From: Candidatus Thorarchaeota archaeon
Lineage (GTDB): Archaea > Asgardarchaeota > Hermodarchaeia > Hermodarchaeales > Hermodarchaeaceae
Direction of reading: 5' to 3'
Assembly (NCBI GenBank): GCA_048882025.1
Contig: JBHLSA010000002.1
Coordinates: forward strand, 1-41,433
DNA length: 41,433 nt
Each line of letters opens with the position of its first letter. Position 1 is the first letter of the stretch. Below the pieces are notes generated by a model, which worked only from the letters and a program-made list of their open reading frames with translations, searched no databases and was not told where the DNA came from. A program made the position numbers and the translations under genes. This document shows, in pieces, positions 7,676 through 17,654 of this stretch.

Positions 7676-9448
7676 TTACTTAACCTTACTTTGACCCTTA
7701 TAGGCCTCAATGATGTCATCGACGGAAGTGGCTTCATCTGGTGATTTATCGTAGCGCCAAGTTCCATCAAATCGTGGAAACCGAATAGCAAGACCTTCAT
7801 TGGGTGCGACTTGATTGAACGCACATGTATGTACAGGGCTTCGAGTAATTTCATCGCCAACAACCTGTAGAATAATTGCTGGTTGGAACCAAAGATCAGC
7901 TTTCATTGTTGAATCAACCAATGGATCCTTCTTAGCGAGCATGTATTCTTTGAACCGCTCAGGAAGATGCTCCAATTCTTCATCACTAAAACCTGTGCCT
8001 ACTTTGCAGACTGTTTTGAACTCTCCACTTTGTTCATCTCGAACAGCTGCCAGAAGTGCACCATATGTTTTTGCCCGTCGACCTCGTCCCCAAAACGCGC
8101 CAACGACAACAAGATCAACTGGACCAATGGCTTGTGCTTGATATGATTCCTTGAGTTTTACCCAGAGCCAGCTTCGAGCACCGGCCCTATAAATGGAATC
8201 AGGACTTGTGGACTTTATTATTAACCCCTCACATCCATGCGTAAGTGCATCACGAAACATCTTATCGATTTCAACCGAAGTGGTGAGCTGTGTTGCAGGA
8301 ACTAGACGTGTGAAGTTATTTTGGCGAACTATTTGTTCTAATTTAGTTCGACGTTCTAAGTATGGTTTTTGGGTTAGATCATTACCATTTGCGTATAGAC
8401 AATCAAAGAAAAAAATTGCTACTGGAATTTCAGCAACCATTTCATCAATTTTATATTTTCGACGCCTGCGCATAAGAATTTGAAATGGAAGAAGTTTTTG
8501 TTGATTTTCCTTATCTACAGCAACGGCTTCACCTTCAACAATACACTGTTTTGCTTTCAGTTGGGTTTTCGCTAGTTGAATGACATCAGGATACATTGAC
8601 GTAATTTGTTCAAGCCGCCGAGAAAAAATTGTGATATCATTAGAATCTTTATGAATTTGCATTCGTTCTCCATCGAGTTTCCATTCTCCTGAAAGTTGCC
8701 CCTGTAATTTTTCTACAATTTCTTGGGCGGTCGACAATTTTTGAGCAGCCATCATTCGAATTGGTTTTCCCAAGGTTACGTGAACATCGTCGATGCCTTT
8801 GAGTCCTTTAAAGGCAATTAACCCTGCAATTTGCCCCAAATCGCTCGTAAGATTATATGCACGTTCGATTTTTTCACGGCAGTCCTTGCTACCAGTAAAG
8901 GCGATGGCAAGAGCGTCGATTACTGTCATCTCTGCAATACCAAGCCTTAGTGAACCAGTAACTGTTCTGAGTAAATAGCGAGCTTCAAGAGGAACAGCTG
9001 CGTTAATCAAACCAGCTAATGTCCTGACTTTGAAATCAGCACTTCCGGGTCCTTGAGCTAGTGCAATTCTTTCTAATGATTCATAGACATTTTGAATTGT
9101 TAGAGGAATTTGAAAGAGTGCTGTTTGACGTTTTGTACTTAAGAGCTGTTCACATGCAATGCCAATATCTCCCGTTATATTAACAACCGTGGTAACTTGT
9201 TTATTGCTGATTCCTAAGGCGATGGCAATTGCGTTAATCGCCATCTTCTCAGCTATCCCAATTTCAGGTTTTCCAGTCCAATCAGGATAGAGTTTTCCTT
9301 GTGTCAGATAGATGACACGGTCAATGTTCTTGGCATCTTTTTCCTCAGAGAGATTTGAAAGGAGATTGGCGAAGATATCAATCATTTCAAGTCGTTTTGT
9401 TGTATTCTCTAAGCGGTTGTAAAACTCGCATACCTCACGATACTGCAA
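7676..9448 (-). CDS. lig: ATP-dependent DNA ligase
   Basis: 590 aa. Motif I is EWKLDGERMQIH (KxDGxR), with EGEAVAVD and EGLIIKS motifs and an OB-fold C-terminus. Apparent TTG start. Confidence 0.93.
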   Translation of the reverse strand: MQYREVCEFYNRLENTTKRLEMIDIFANLLSNLSEEKDAKNIDRVIYLTQGKLYPDWTGKPEIGIAEKMAINAIAIALGISNKQVTTVVNITGDIGIACEQLLSTKRQTALFQIPLTIQNVYESLERIALAQGPGSADFKVRTLAGLINAAVPLEARYLLRTVTGSLRLGIAEMTVIDALAIAFTGSKDCREKIERAYNLTSDLGQIAGLIAFKGLKGIDDVHVTLGKPIRMMAAQKLSTAQEIVEKLQGQLSGEWKLDGERMQIHKDSNDITIFSRRLEQITSMYPDVIQLAKTQLKAKQCIVEGEAVAVDKENQQKLLPFQILMRRRRKYKIDEMVAEIPVAIFFFDCLYANGNDLTQKPYLERRTKLEQIVRQNNFTRLVPATQLTTSVEIDKMFRDALTHGCEGLIIKSTSPDSIYRAGARSWLWVKLKESYQAQAIGPVDLVVVGAFWGRGRRAKTYGALLAAVRDEQSGEFKTVCKVGTGFSDEELEHLPERFKEYMLAKKDPLVDSTMKADLWFQPAIILQVVGDEITRSPVHTCAFNQVAPNEGLAIRFPRFDGTWRYDKSPDEATSVDDIIEAYKGQSKVK

Positions 9449-9549
9449 ATTAAGTCGCCATTAGAAAAAGAGGTGTATTCAAACTTAAAGATACTCTAGG
9501 AATAACAATACACTATCGTAAGTCTTATGCCTCGTGACACACCTTTCTA

Positions 9550-10677
9550 ATGAAGATGATGCTGTGCGCTTTATGCAACCAAGAAAGTGGTGTTGCTGAG
9601 ATTCTTCCTGTTTGTGCGTCCTGTATTCGGGAAAGACCAGATGATGCTGAATCTTTTATTCAATCGGCACATAAATGGCGCCAGTATCTGTTTGAACTCC
9701 CACAAAAAGTACCCAAGAATTCCAATGGTGTAAGATGTAGAATTTGTGCAAACGAGTGTATTATTCCACTTAATGAACTTGGTTACTGTGGTTTACGTTC
9801 AAACCAGGAGGGACGTATTCGGGGAAAGGTTTCAGCAACAAAAGCCTTAATGCACTATTATTTAGATCCGCATATAACCAATTGCTGTGGATCGTATTTT
9901 TGTCCTGGTGGAACAGGAGTTGGCTACCCACAGTGGGCAACCAAGCCACGACCTGAATATGGGTATTCTAATCTTTCCGTTTTTTTCTATGGCTGTGGCT
10001 TGGATTGTTTGTTTTGTCAAAATGTCTCTCATAAACAACTTTCCCACGGTAGCTTAGTGGATATATCAGATTTTCTGGACCTTGTTAAACAAAATTCAAG
10101 GATTTCCTGTATCTGTTATTTTGGTGGCTCACCGGAGCCCCAGATGACATTTGCATTAAATGTAATGAAAGCTTGTAAAGTGCAATTTAAAAACCGGATT
10201 CTACGGCAATGTTTTGAAATGAATGGTCATGGGAATCCGAAATTAATGAAGAAAATGGGAATCATGGTTGAAGCAACAGGAGGAATAGTGAAGTTTGATC
10301 TGAAAGCATTTTCAAATTCAATTTATCAAGCGCTGTGTGGAGCATCAAAAGAACCTAGTTACGATAACTTTGAGATGCTAGCAAACTCTCTTGCTTTTGA
10401 TGAAAAAGACTATCCGCCATTAATGGCTACTACCCTCTTGGTTCCCCATTATGTTGATGAATATGAAGTGAGGCAAATTGCTAGATTTCTGAAAGGGCTT
10501 AACCAGCCCTCTATTGAATATAGTTTATTAATTTTCCATCCCCAACATCTAATGAGTGATTTACCAATTACACCACTAGAACAGGCACAGCGTTGCTATG
10601 ATGCTGTGAAGCAGGAACTCGGAAAGCCTCCGCATGTAGGTAATCTTGGATTGCTTGGCGGTCAACTTCAATTATGA
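9550..10677 (+). CDS. Radical SAM protein (PflA / AmmeMemoRadiSam-like activase family)
   Basis: [10 protein letters not shown] is a CxxxCxxC cluster motif. An N-terminal Cys-rich region ([22 protein letters not shown]) is typical of this subgroup. Confidence 0.8.
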   Translation: MKMMLCALCNQESGVAEILPVCASCIRERPDDAESFIQSAHKWRQYLFELPQKVPKNSNGVRCRICANECIIPLNELGYCGLRSNQEGRIRGKVSATKALMHYYLDPHITNCCGSYFCPGGTGVGYPQWATKPRPEYGYSNLSVFFYGCGLDCLFCQNVSHKQLSHGSLVDISDFLDLVKQNSRISCICYFGGSPEPQMTFALNVMKACKVQFKNRILRQCFEMNGHGNPKLMKKMGIMVEATGGIVKFDLKAFSNSIYQALCGASKEPSYDNFEMLANSLAFDEKDYPPLMATTLLVPHYVDEYEVRQIARFLKGLNQPSIEYSLLIFHPQHLMSDLPITPLEQAQRCYDAVKQELGKPPHVGNLGLLGGQLQL

Positions 10678-10774
10678 GATAGTTATGAGTAGCAGGACTA
10701 GCGAAATTCTTATATGGAAGCGCAAGGCATCGGAATCCCATCCGCCTACCAAAAATTGTATGGAGGAGTGATTC

Positions 10775-12403
10775 ATGTCACTAGGTGGAACACCAGTACT
10801 ATTGCTAAAAGAAGGTACAAAACGTGAACGTGGCCGCGATGCACAACAAAATAACATAATGGCGGCCGTTGCAATTTCAGAAGCTATTCGAACAGCGCTT
10901 GGCCCGAAAGGCCAGGATAAAATGCTAGTCGACAGCTTTGGTGATGTTACTATTACAAACGATGGCGCAACAATTTTGAAAGAAATTGATGTAGAACATC
11001 CTGCCGCAAAAATGATTGTTGAAGTAGCGAAAACCCAAGATGATGAAGTGGGTGATGGAACTACTTCAGCAGTTGTGTTGGCAGGCGAGTTTTTAAAACA
11101 GGCTGAAATGCTAATTGATCAGAAGATTCATCCCACTGTTATTGTAGAGGGATACAGAAAAGCTACTGAAAAAGCCCTTGAAATACTTGATTCAATAGCA
11201 GTCGAAGATTCAACCATTGGAATGCTTAAGAAAGTCGCAATGACATCAATGCAATCAAAGGTCGTATCCGGATTTCGTAAAGAACTATCTGATTTAGCAG
11301 TGAAAGCCATTCAACGCATCACCGATACAGTTGATGGAAAGCGAGTAGCTGACATTGATAACGTGAAAGTCGAAAAGAAAGAGGGTGGGACAATCGGAGA
11401 TACTATGTTTATCGAAGGGTTAGTTCTTGATAAGGAGATAGTCCACCCTGGAATGGCAAAGTCAATCGAGAATCCAAAAATAGCACTTGTCCAGAGCGCC
11501 TTTGAAGTTGAAAAAACTGAATTTACAGCTAAGATTGACATCCGAGAAGTTTCTCAGATGCAAGCTTTTCTCGATGAAGAAGAGCGAATGCTTAAGACCA
11601 TGGTTGAGAAGGTAAAAGCAGTGGGCGCTGATGTCGTCTTGTGTCAGAAGGGAATTGATGATGTAGCACAACATTTCATGGCTCAAGAAGGCATTATTGC
11701 AGTTCGGAGAATTAAAGAAAGTGATATGGAGAAGCTAGCCCGTGCCACTGGTGGCAAACTCATCTCAAATCTAGATGATGTTTCTAAGAAAGATTTAGGA
11801 ACAGCTCAAATCATTGAAGAACGAAAAGTTGCAGATGACAAAATGGTCTTCGTTGAGGGATGCAAGAATCCTAAAGCCGTTAGTATTTTGTTACGTGGAG
11901 GCACTGATCTGGTTGTTGATGAAGCAGAACGAGCGGTTCATGATGCACTCTGCGTTATTCGGAACGTTGTTGAAGATGGCCGAGTCGTTGCTGGCGGCGG
12001 CGCCCCTGAGATTCATGTTGCACGACAATTATCAGATTATGCTGAAAAACTCCCTGGTCGTGAACAATTAGCTGTCCTAGCTTTTGCTGAAGCAATGGAA
12101 ATTATTCCAAAGACCCTTGCTGAGAATGCAGGACTTGACCCCATTGACATTATTGCTGATCTCAGAACACGTCATGAGAAAAACCAAGTTAGCGCTGGTG
12201 TCGATGGTATAAACGGCAGAGTTTCAGATCTTGCAAAAGCAAACGTCTGGGAGCCGCTCGTTGTAAAACGCCAAGCTATCAAATCAGCTAGCGAAGTAAC
12301 GCAAATGCTTCTTCGGATTGACGATGTCATTGCCTCTAAGGGCATGGAAGGCGGTCCAGGTGGACCTGGCGGAATGCCCGGCGGCGAAGACTTCGAAGAC
12401 TAA
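10775..12403 (+). CDS. ths: Thermosome subunit (group II chaperonin, CCT homologue)
   Basis: [30 protein letters not shown] and VAGGGAPE motifs, with a [12 protein letters not shown] tail. GGAGG lies upstream of the ATG. Confidence 0.95.
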   Translation: MSLGGTPVLLLKEGTKRERGRDAQQNNIMAAVAISEAIRTALGPKGQDKMLVDSFGDVTITNDGATILKEIDVEHPAAKMIVEVAKTQDDEVGDGTTSAVVLAGEFLKQAEMLIDQKIHPTVIVEGYRKATEKALEILDSIAVEDSTIGMLKKVAMTSMQSKVVSGFRKELSDLAVKAIQRITDTVDGKRVADIDNVKVEKKEGGTIGDTMFIEGLVLDKEIVHPGMAKSIENPKIALVQSAFEVEKTEFTAKIDIREVSQMQAFLDEEERMLKTMVEKVKAVGADVVLCQKGIDDVAQHFMAQEGIIAVRRIKESDMEKLARATGGKLISNLDDVSKKDLGTAQIIEERKVADDKMVFVEGCKNPKAVSILLRGGTDLVVDEAERAVHDALCVIRNVVEDGRVVAGGGAPEIHVARQLSDYAEKLPGREQLAVLAFAEAMEIIPKTLAENAGLDPIDIIADLRTRHEKNQVSAGVDGINGRVSDLAKANVWEPLVVKRQAIKSASEVTQMLLRIDDVIASKGMEGGPGGPGGMPGGEDFED

Positions 12404-12432
12404 ATTCAAAACTAAAAAAAGAGGCGGAGAAT

Positions 12433-12681
12433 GTGTCCAAGAAAGGACCTCAAATCGGTCCAAACCGAATGACCCGATATGAAAAATCTCGTGTAGTTGG
12501 AGCTCGTGCCCTACAGATTTCCATGGGCGCACCTATTCTAACTCGAATAGATTCTAGTTACACTGACCCCATTCGCATTGCTGAGTTAGAATTGCAGAAA
12601 AGAGTACTACCAATTACAATTAGACGAAAACTTCCTTCTGGCGCATTTGAAGATATCGCCTTAGTCGATCTCATTGATTGA
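12433..12681 (+). CDS. rpoK: DNA-directed RNA polymerase subunit K (Rpo6/Rpb6 homologue)
   Basis: 82 aa. [43 protein letters not shown] is the Rpb6/RpoK signature. GTG start after GAGGCGGAG. Confidence 0.85.
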   Translation: MSKKGPQIGPNRMTRYEKSRVVGARALQISMGAPILTRIDSSYTDPIRIAELELQKRVLPITIRRKLPSGAFEDIALVDLID

Positions 12682-12865
12682 ACCGACTCCGCCTTCATTT
12701 CTCTTTTTCAATTCAATAGGCTAGTTGCCTTATCTAGGCGGTAGCTGTTACTATTAGTCCTAAGTAGTATCAAAAGTAGTTTAGTTGAACTTTTGTTAAA
12801 CCTTCGAAACTCTTTTTGGATTCAAAAAACTAAGCTGTGCTCAATTACCTTAAGGCATTCTTCCC

Positions 12866-14464
12866 ATGGGTGATTTAATGAAGCGGTTTCTAACATTTGA
12901 AGAACTAAAATCGATGAAGTATGAGGAAATTGAAACCTTACAAAATCGAAAATTTCGAGCATTTATTCGCTATCAGGTGTATCCCAATCACCCTTTTTAC
13001 CGACAATTGTTCAAGAAACATAATGTTGATCCATTCGATTTTAGGTCTCCAACGGATTGGGAGAAATATGGACTTCCGCTAGTGAAAAAAGCAGACTACA
13101 AGGGTAATCTTAGAGAGTTTGTGCTTAATCCCCAAGCAGTTGATGGCAAAGATAGGGAACCTGCAGAAATAATTAGAAATCTCCTTGACTATTACAAAGA
13201 AGCTGATTATAAAGATGAACATAGCTTTGTATTCCGCCGTGGACTCAAAGTAAAACTTCGAATTGGAAAAGAGCAAGCCACCAAGGAGCTCTTAGACCAT
13301 ATTAAGTACCAATATTCGCCACGATTCTTTTGGTTTTCTTCAGGGCGCGCCTCGGGGCTCCCTTCACCAGTATTTCTTACTCATTACGATAATGAACTTA
13401 TGCTAAATAACATGGCCAAGTCTGGAAAAATGGCAATAGACCCCTTCGTTAAAGATGGATTTGAACTCCGAGCCATGAATCTCTTTCCTTGTGCCCCTCA
13501 TTTAGGCTTCTTTGGAGTCGACGGAGGATTACTACAAATGTCTGATTTTGTAGTCCGATCTACAGCAGGTGGGGCAATTTCAACCGATAAACTAGTTCAG
13601 TTAGCAGAATTGTTCAAGGTAACGGGTTTCGCCGCGATGCCTGGATATCTCCGAAATATTTTCTGTCGTGAATTGTTGCATCAGAAAACAAAGCTAGAAA
13701 AGCGGGGTATAATTCTGTTGGCAGGAGAGAGAATTTATGATGCAGTAGTCGATGACATCAAGGAACATTTTGCTGAAGCAGGGATGACAGATACACGTGT
13801 TATTGGTGGTTGGGCAGCAAGTGAAACCAAAATTGGTGTAGCGTGCCAGTGTCAAGAAAAAGGAGGTTATCACAACTTATCACCCTTGGCGTTTGCAGTT
13901 CGATTTGTTAAATTCACTGATGATTCTGGGAGTTACGAATTCACCAGTCCTGATGAAGGGGGATATATCACCATCTTTCATGTAGACGGTCGTTCATCCA
14001 TGTTTGAAGGATACTTAATGGGTGACCATGTTGACAAAGTTACTACTGGAAAGTGTCCACACTGCGGGTTAGAGATGCCCTGTTTCATCAATATCTCTCG
14101 TGAATCAGAAATTGAAACTCAGATGCAAATTATGGGAATTGCCGAGGAGAAAATCAAGGGTTCAACTGTTAACCTTACTTCATTACGTGAATCCTTGCTT
14201 GCAATGAACGAAATTCATGAAGCCCAGATTATCGTGAGTAAATCAAAACCTGACGATCCATATTCCATGGATGTTCTTTCATTGAATATCGTACTGAAAG
14301 CAGGGGCGAGCCAAACAAAAACCCAAAGAGCAATTCTGAAATTAACAAAGACTGAGACTGAGATTACGCCCTTAGTTAATTTCATGGATTTAGATACATT
14401 TCTTGAGAAAGCAGGGGGGTTGAAGTTTCAAGAAATTGTTGATTCCCGAGTCAAACCTGCATAG
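12866..14464 (+). CDS. Divergent adenylate-forming enzyme (phenylacetate-CoA ligase / coenzyme F390 synthetase-like)
   Basis: The PaaK-type N-terminus is LQNRKFRAFIRYQVYPNHPFYRQLFKKHNVDPFDF..PLVKKADY. The P-loop is degenerate (SSGRASGLPSP), there is an insert of about 80 aa, and a CPHCG element is present. Confidence 0.6.
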   Translation: MGDLMKRFLTFEELKSMKYEEIETLQNRKFRAFIRYQVYPNHPFYRQLFKKHNVDPFDFRSPTDWEKYGLPLVKKADYKGNLREFVLNPQAVDGKDREPAEIIRNLLDYYKEADYKDEHSFVFRRGLKVKLRIGKEQATKELLDHIKYQYSPRFFWFSSGRASGLPSPVFLTHYDNELMLNNMAKSGKMAIDPFVKDGFELRAMNLFPCAPHLGFFGVDGGLLQMSDFVVRSTAGGAISTDKLVQLAELFKVTGFAAMPGYLRNIFCRELLHQKTKLEKRGIILLAGERIYDAVVDDIKEHFAEAGMTDTRVIGGWAASETKIGVACQCQEKGGYHNLSPLAFAVRFVKFTDDSGSYEFTSPDEGGYITIFHVDGRSSMFEGYLMGDHVDKVTTGKCPHCGLEMPCFINISRESEIETQMQIMGIAEEKIKGSTVNLTSLRESLLAMNEIHEAQIIVSKSKPDDPYSMDVLSLNIVLKAGASQTKTQRAILKLTKTETEITPLVNFMDLDTFLEKAGGLKFQEIVDSRVKPA

Positions 14465-14486
14465 CTTGAAAGTTATTAAAAATGAA

Positions 14487-14585
14487 TGGAGCCTCGAGCG
14501 GGGATTGAACCCGCGACCAGCAGCTTACTCGAAAATTTGTTGAATCTTATACGAGGCTGTCGCTCTACCACTGAGCTATCGAGGC
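14487..14585 (-). tRNA. tRNA-Thr(CGU) with a canonical 37/38 intron of about 24 nt; CCA encoded
   Basis: Minus-strand fold: GCCTCGA-TA-GCTC-AGTGGTA-GAGC-G-ACAGC-CTCGTA[TAAGATTCAACAAATTTTCGAGTA]A-GCTGC-TGGTC-GCGGG-TTCAATC-CCCGC-TCGAGGC-T-CCA. Confidence 0.8.
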
Positions 14586-14660
14586 TTTGTAAGGAAAATA
14601 GCTAGAACACCCAAAAAGATTTCGTCACCTTATATCATTGTATATGTGGAGTGCGTATTT

Positions 14661-15659
14661 ATGTCTGAAAAGCCCAAAACTGTCTCCGACCTTGGAGAAC
14701 GGGGATTGATTCGCTGGTTTCAAGATCTTATTACTCCTTTTGACCAAGCCCTTCTAATCGGCACAGAGGACGCAGTGGGAGTTCCTTTCAATGGAGATGC
14801 ACTAGTTGTGAACAGTGATATGCTTGTGGGTTCAACCGATGTTTTACCTGGAATGACAGCCGGAGATATTGCTTGGAAAGCAGGAGTTATGGGATTAAGT
14901 GATTTGGCAGCAAAGGGTGCGGCACCAATGGGTATTATCGTATCACTAGGATTCCCAAAAGATACTCAAGCTAATTTTGTGGCTGCTCTTGTAGGAGGAT
15001 TAAACTGTGTGAGCCTTGAACATAATACCTACTATCTAGGGGGAGATACAAATCAATGTGAAGAGCTAGTGATTAATTGCACTGCCGTTGGAAGAGTCCC
15101 CAAAAAGCAGCTTATTCGCCGAAAAGGAGCTAAGCCAGGTGATATTGTAGCAATAACTGGTGAATTTGGATATACAGGAGCTCTTTTTGCAGCGCTTTTA
15201 CAAGGATATAAAGAACCCAGCCAAACGGTTGAAACGATAAGAGAAAAAGCCCTTCGCCCGTATGCTAAGTTTTGTGAGGGACAAACTCTATCAAAAGAGC
15301 AAGTGATATCGTCAGCAATTGATAGTAGTGATGGATTAGCCTGGTCATTACATGAACTTTCAGCTGCTAGCAGAGTTGGCTTTCGAATTGATTCTCTGCC
15401 TATTCCTAAAATTTGTAGAGAATTTGCCACAAAGAATGGACTGGATCCGGTTGAGTTTGTGTTATACGGAGGCGAGGAATTTGAGCTTATTGTGACAATT
15501 CCTGAAAATCTTTGGTCAAAAGCAGTTCAAGTGATCGAACAGCGTGGAAAACAATTAATTAAGATTGGGAAAGCCACTGAGGAACCTTTACAAGTTCTGA
15601 AATTTAATGGAGAAGATAGAATTATTGAGCCAAGGGGTTATGAGCATTTTTCTAAATAG
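14661..15659 (+). CDS. thiL: Thiamine-monophosphate kinase
   Basis: AIR-synthase-related fold. GERGLI..GTEDAVGV..VVNSDMLVGSTDV..DIAWKAGVMGLSDLAAKGAAP matches ThiL. The ATG at 14661 is preceded by GGAG. Confidence 0.8.
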   Translation: MSEKPKTVSDLGERGLIRWFQDLITPFDQALLIGTEDAVGVPFNGDALVVNSDMLVGSTDVLPGMTAGDIAWKAGVMGLSDLAAKGAAPMGIIVSLGFPKDTQANFVAALVGGLNCVSLEHNTYYLGGDTNQCEELVINCTAVGRVPKKQLIRRKGAKPGDIVAITGEFGYTGALFAALLQGYKEPSQTVETIREKALRPYAKFCEGQTLSKEQVISSAIDSSDGLAWSLHELSAASRVGFRIDSLPIPKICREFATKNGLDPVEFVLYGGEEFELIVTIPENLWSKAVQVIEQRGKQLIKIGKATEEPLQVLKFNGEDRIIEPRGYEHFSK

Positions 15660-15664
15660 AGAAG

Positions 15665-15785
15665 TGGCGGGCTCGGGGGGAATTTCGGTAACGTAAAATT
15701 CGTTCATTCGAACCCCCGACAATCGGGTGTCTCTAGTACATGTACTTTAAGAGCCCGACGCTCTGCCTGGCTAAGCTACGAGCCC
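15665..15785 (-). tRNA. tRNA-Lys(CUU) with two introns (anticodon loop 37/38 and T-loop); CCA encoded
   Basis: Minus-strand fold: GGGCTCG-TA-GCTT-AGCCAGGCA-GAGC-G-TCGGG-CTCTTA[AAGTACATGTACTAGAGAC]A-CCCGA-TTGTC-GGGGG-TTCGAAT[GAACGAATTTTACGTTACCGAAATT]CCCCC-CGAGCCC-G-CCA. Confidence 0.75.
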
Positions 15786-15885
15786 GTATTTGAGCAATTT
15801 TTCAACCACTTACTTTAAACCTTTCTGAAGAATGGCTGAGCCATAGTATTTTATTAACATGCAAGTGTTACAAAAGCAAACGAAA

Positions 15886-16335
15886 ATGACTAGTAAACGT
15901 ATCGTAATCGCTGGCACATTTGATATTTTACATCCAGGTCATGTATTCTTAATAGCCGAAGCTGCAAAAATGGGTGAAGTACTTGTAATAGTAGCCCGAG
16001 ATGAAAATGTACTCCGCGCTAAAGGTCATCCGGTGATTGTTCCTGAAAAGCAACGTCTATTCATGGTTCAAGCTTTAAAGGGTGTATCAGAAGCAATTTT
16101 AGGTAATCCTGGACCTGATTTCATCACAATTATTGAGGATTTAAACCCAGATATTCTGCTTTTAGGCCCCAATCAAAACATTTCAGAAAAGGAAGTTCAA
16201 AATCGATTACAAAAGCGTGACTTAAAGACACAAGTGATGCGGTTAGACGATTTTTTTGATGAGTATCCGCTTAGTAGCACAACTAAGATTATTGAAAAGG
16301 CGTTTAAGAACAGGAAAGATCGCATTTCACAGTAA
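15886..16335 (+). CDS. ribL: FAD synthase (archaeal RibL, cytidylyltransferase fold)
   Basis: MTSKRIVIAGTFDILHPGHVFLI..VIVARD matches RibL. An ATG at 15859 is an alternative start. Confidence 0.85.
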   Translation: MTSKRIVIAGTFDILHPGHVFLIAEAAKMGEVLVIVARDENVLRAKGHPVIVPEKQRLFMVQALKGVSEAILGNPGPDFITIIEDLNPDILLLGPNQNISEKEVQNRLQKRDLKTQVMRLDDFFDEYPLSSTTKIIEKAFKNRKDRISQ

Positions 16336-16987
16336 TTATATCATTATCCGATACAGCAAGCTTCTCACGAAGATAAGTCGGGGCGATGATTTCAACAACA
16401 TTAGGGTGATGGTGCGTCCGTTCTATTAAAAGAAGAGCTGCTTTGTATTCATCGTTTATTATGGTAGGATAACAGGTTACCGGACCAAAACTTCGATCCC
16501 CACTTACAAATCCATGAATGTCAATTCCTATGGTCGCTTGAAGCAATTCAAATTCGGTTACATCTGTTTCGGAAAGTAGTTGGATATTCAGAGTGCCTGG
16601 ATATGGATTAAATCCTAATTTCTTTCGAAATTGTTTTCGGTAACCTTCTAACCGTACATAATAGGCCCCCTCACCTAATCCAGTAAATATTCGTCCGCGA
16701 AGTGTTATTGAACGTTTCTTAGTCATTGCTAATTCGAGTATAGATTGGATGCGGGTTAATTCAGTTAGCCCCTTTGGCCCAATACGGATCAATTGACCCC
16801 GATTGTTGAGGCGTCGAGAGATCCAACCTTTTTGTTCAAGAGTGGAGAGTCTGCGCGAAGCTGTTTGTTGACTAGCCTCAATAAGTTGAGCGATTCGAGC
16901 TGTTGATGTTCGAATACTGTTGTTTATTGCTCCGAGTTGAGCTAGTGTAAGTAATGTAAACCACAAATGTTCTTTCAAGAGCATCAT
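16304..16987 (-). CDS. ribK: CTP-dependent riboflavin kinase with an N-terminal winged-helix domain
   Basis: The C-terminal domain (RGRIFTGLGEGAYYV..YRKQFRKKLGFNPYPGTLNIQL) is the archaeal RibK signature. The N-terminus has an HTH (IAQLIEASQQTASRRLSTLEQKGWI). Its ATG overlaps the nfi stop (ATGA). Confidence 0.85.
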   Translation of the reverse strand: MMLLKEHLWFTLLTLAQLGAINNSIRTSTARIAQLIEASQQTASRRLSTLEQKGWISRRLNNRGQLIRIGPKGLTELTRIQSILELAMTKKRSITLRGRIFTGLGEGAYYVRLEGYRKQFRKKLGFNPYPGTLNIQLLSETDVTEFELLQATIGIDIHGFVSGDRSFGPVTCYPTIINDEYKAALLLIERTHHHPNVVEIIAPTYLREKLAVSDNDIITVKCDLSCS

Positions 16988-17646
16988 CCTTTCTTTTTTA
17001 GCATCTGTCGAGCTTCCGTTGCATAGCGATGGGCCCAGCGAGTGGGTTCTGGAAGGCGATAGGTGGTCACACAGTTTAGAGTTATATCCACTGCGGTTTT
17101 GAGAGAAATTCGATGACCTATACTCACATAAATGGGGTTACAGCCAGCTTTGGAAGTTACTCTAGCCCCAACAATCTGATCCTTGAATATAATATTGTCA
17201 AATGATTCAGGGCAGGAATGAATTTCTCCACAAAGAAGACGTTTGGCTACACCAATTGTGGGAATGTTTTTCAGCACTCCGAAATGGCTGGCAGCCCCTA
17301 GCATTCGAGGGTGTGCACGTCCATGGGCATCAACGAAGACTAAATCAGGTTTTTTCTGGAGCGCGGAAAATGCCAGTGAAAGGGGAGGATATTCACGAAA
17401 CGAAAGATACGTTGGAATATAAGGAATTGGAGATTGGCAGTAAACAATTGCGTGTTCCAGCATTTGCATCTGTGGGAAGCTCATGAGTACTGCAACACCA
17501 ACCGCTGTTTGATTGTGATAGGCTACATCTAAACCACAGACTCTTTGAAGTGGTTTATTGAAATCGTCTCGCACACTTACACGGTTAGCAAATTCCAATT
17601 GCACTTCAAGGGCTTTTTTAGTTGAGAATCTTTGAGGCAGAAACAT
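16984..17646 (-). CDS. nfi: Endonuclease V
   Basis: GLDVAY, YIPTYLSFREYPP and FVDAHGRAHPRMLGAASHFGV..PTIGVAK motifs. Confidence 0.9.
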   Translation of the reverse strand: MFLPQRFSTKKALEVQLEFANRVSVRDDFNKPLQRVCGLDVAYHNQTAVGVAVLMSFPQMQMLEHAIVYCQSPIPYIPTYLSFREYPPLSLAFSALQKKPDLVFVDAHGRAHPRMLGAASHFGVLKNIPTIGVAKRLLCGEIHSCPESFDNIIFKDQIVGARVTSKAGCNPIYVSIGHRISLKTAVDITLNCVTTYRLPEPTRWAHRYATEARQMLKKKG

Positions 17647-17654
17647 CTAGCCCC

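Noticed and set aside
12340-12403. Gly/Pro/Met-rich repeat ([12 protein letters not shown]) as a possible tandem-repeat element
   Set aside because: This is the normal flexible C-terminal tail of chaperonins.
14487-15785. Two tRNA genes bracketing thiL as a possible integration hotspot or genomic island
   Set aside because: There is no integrase, no direct repeat of a tRNA 3' end, and the only enclosed gene is housekeeping thiL.
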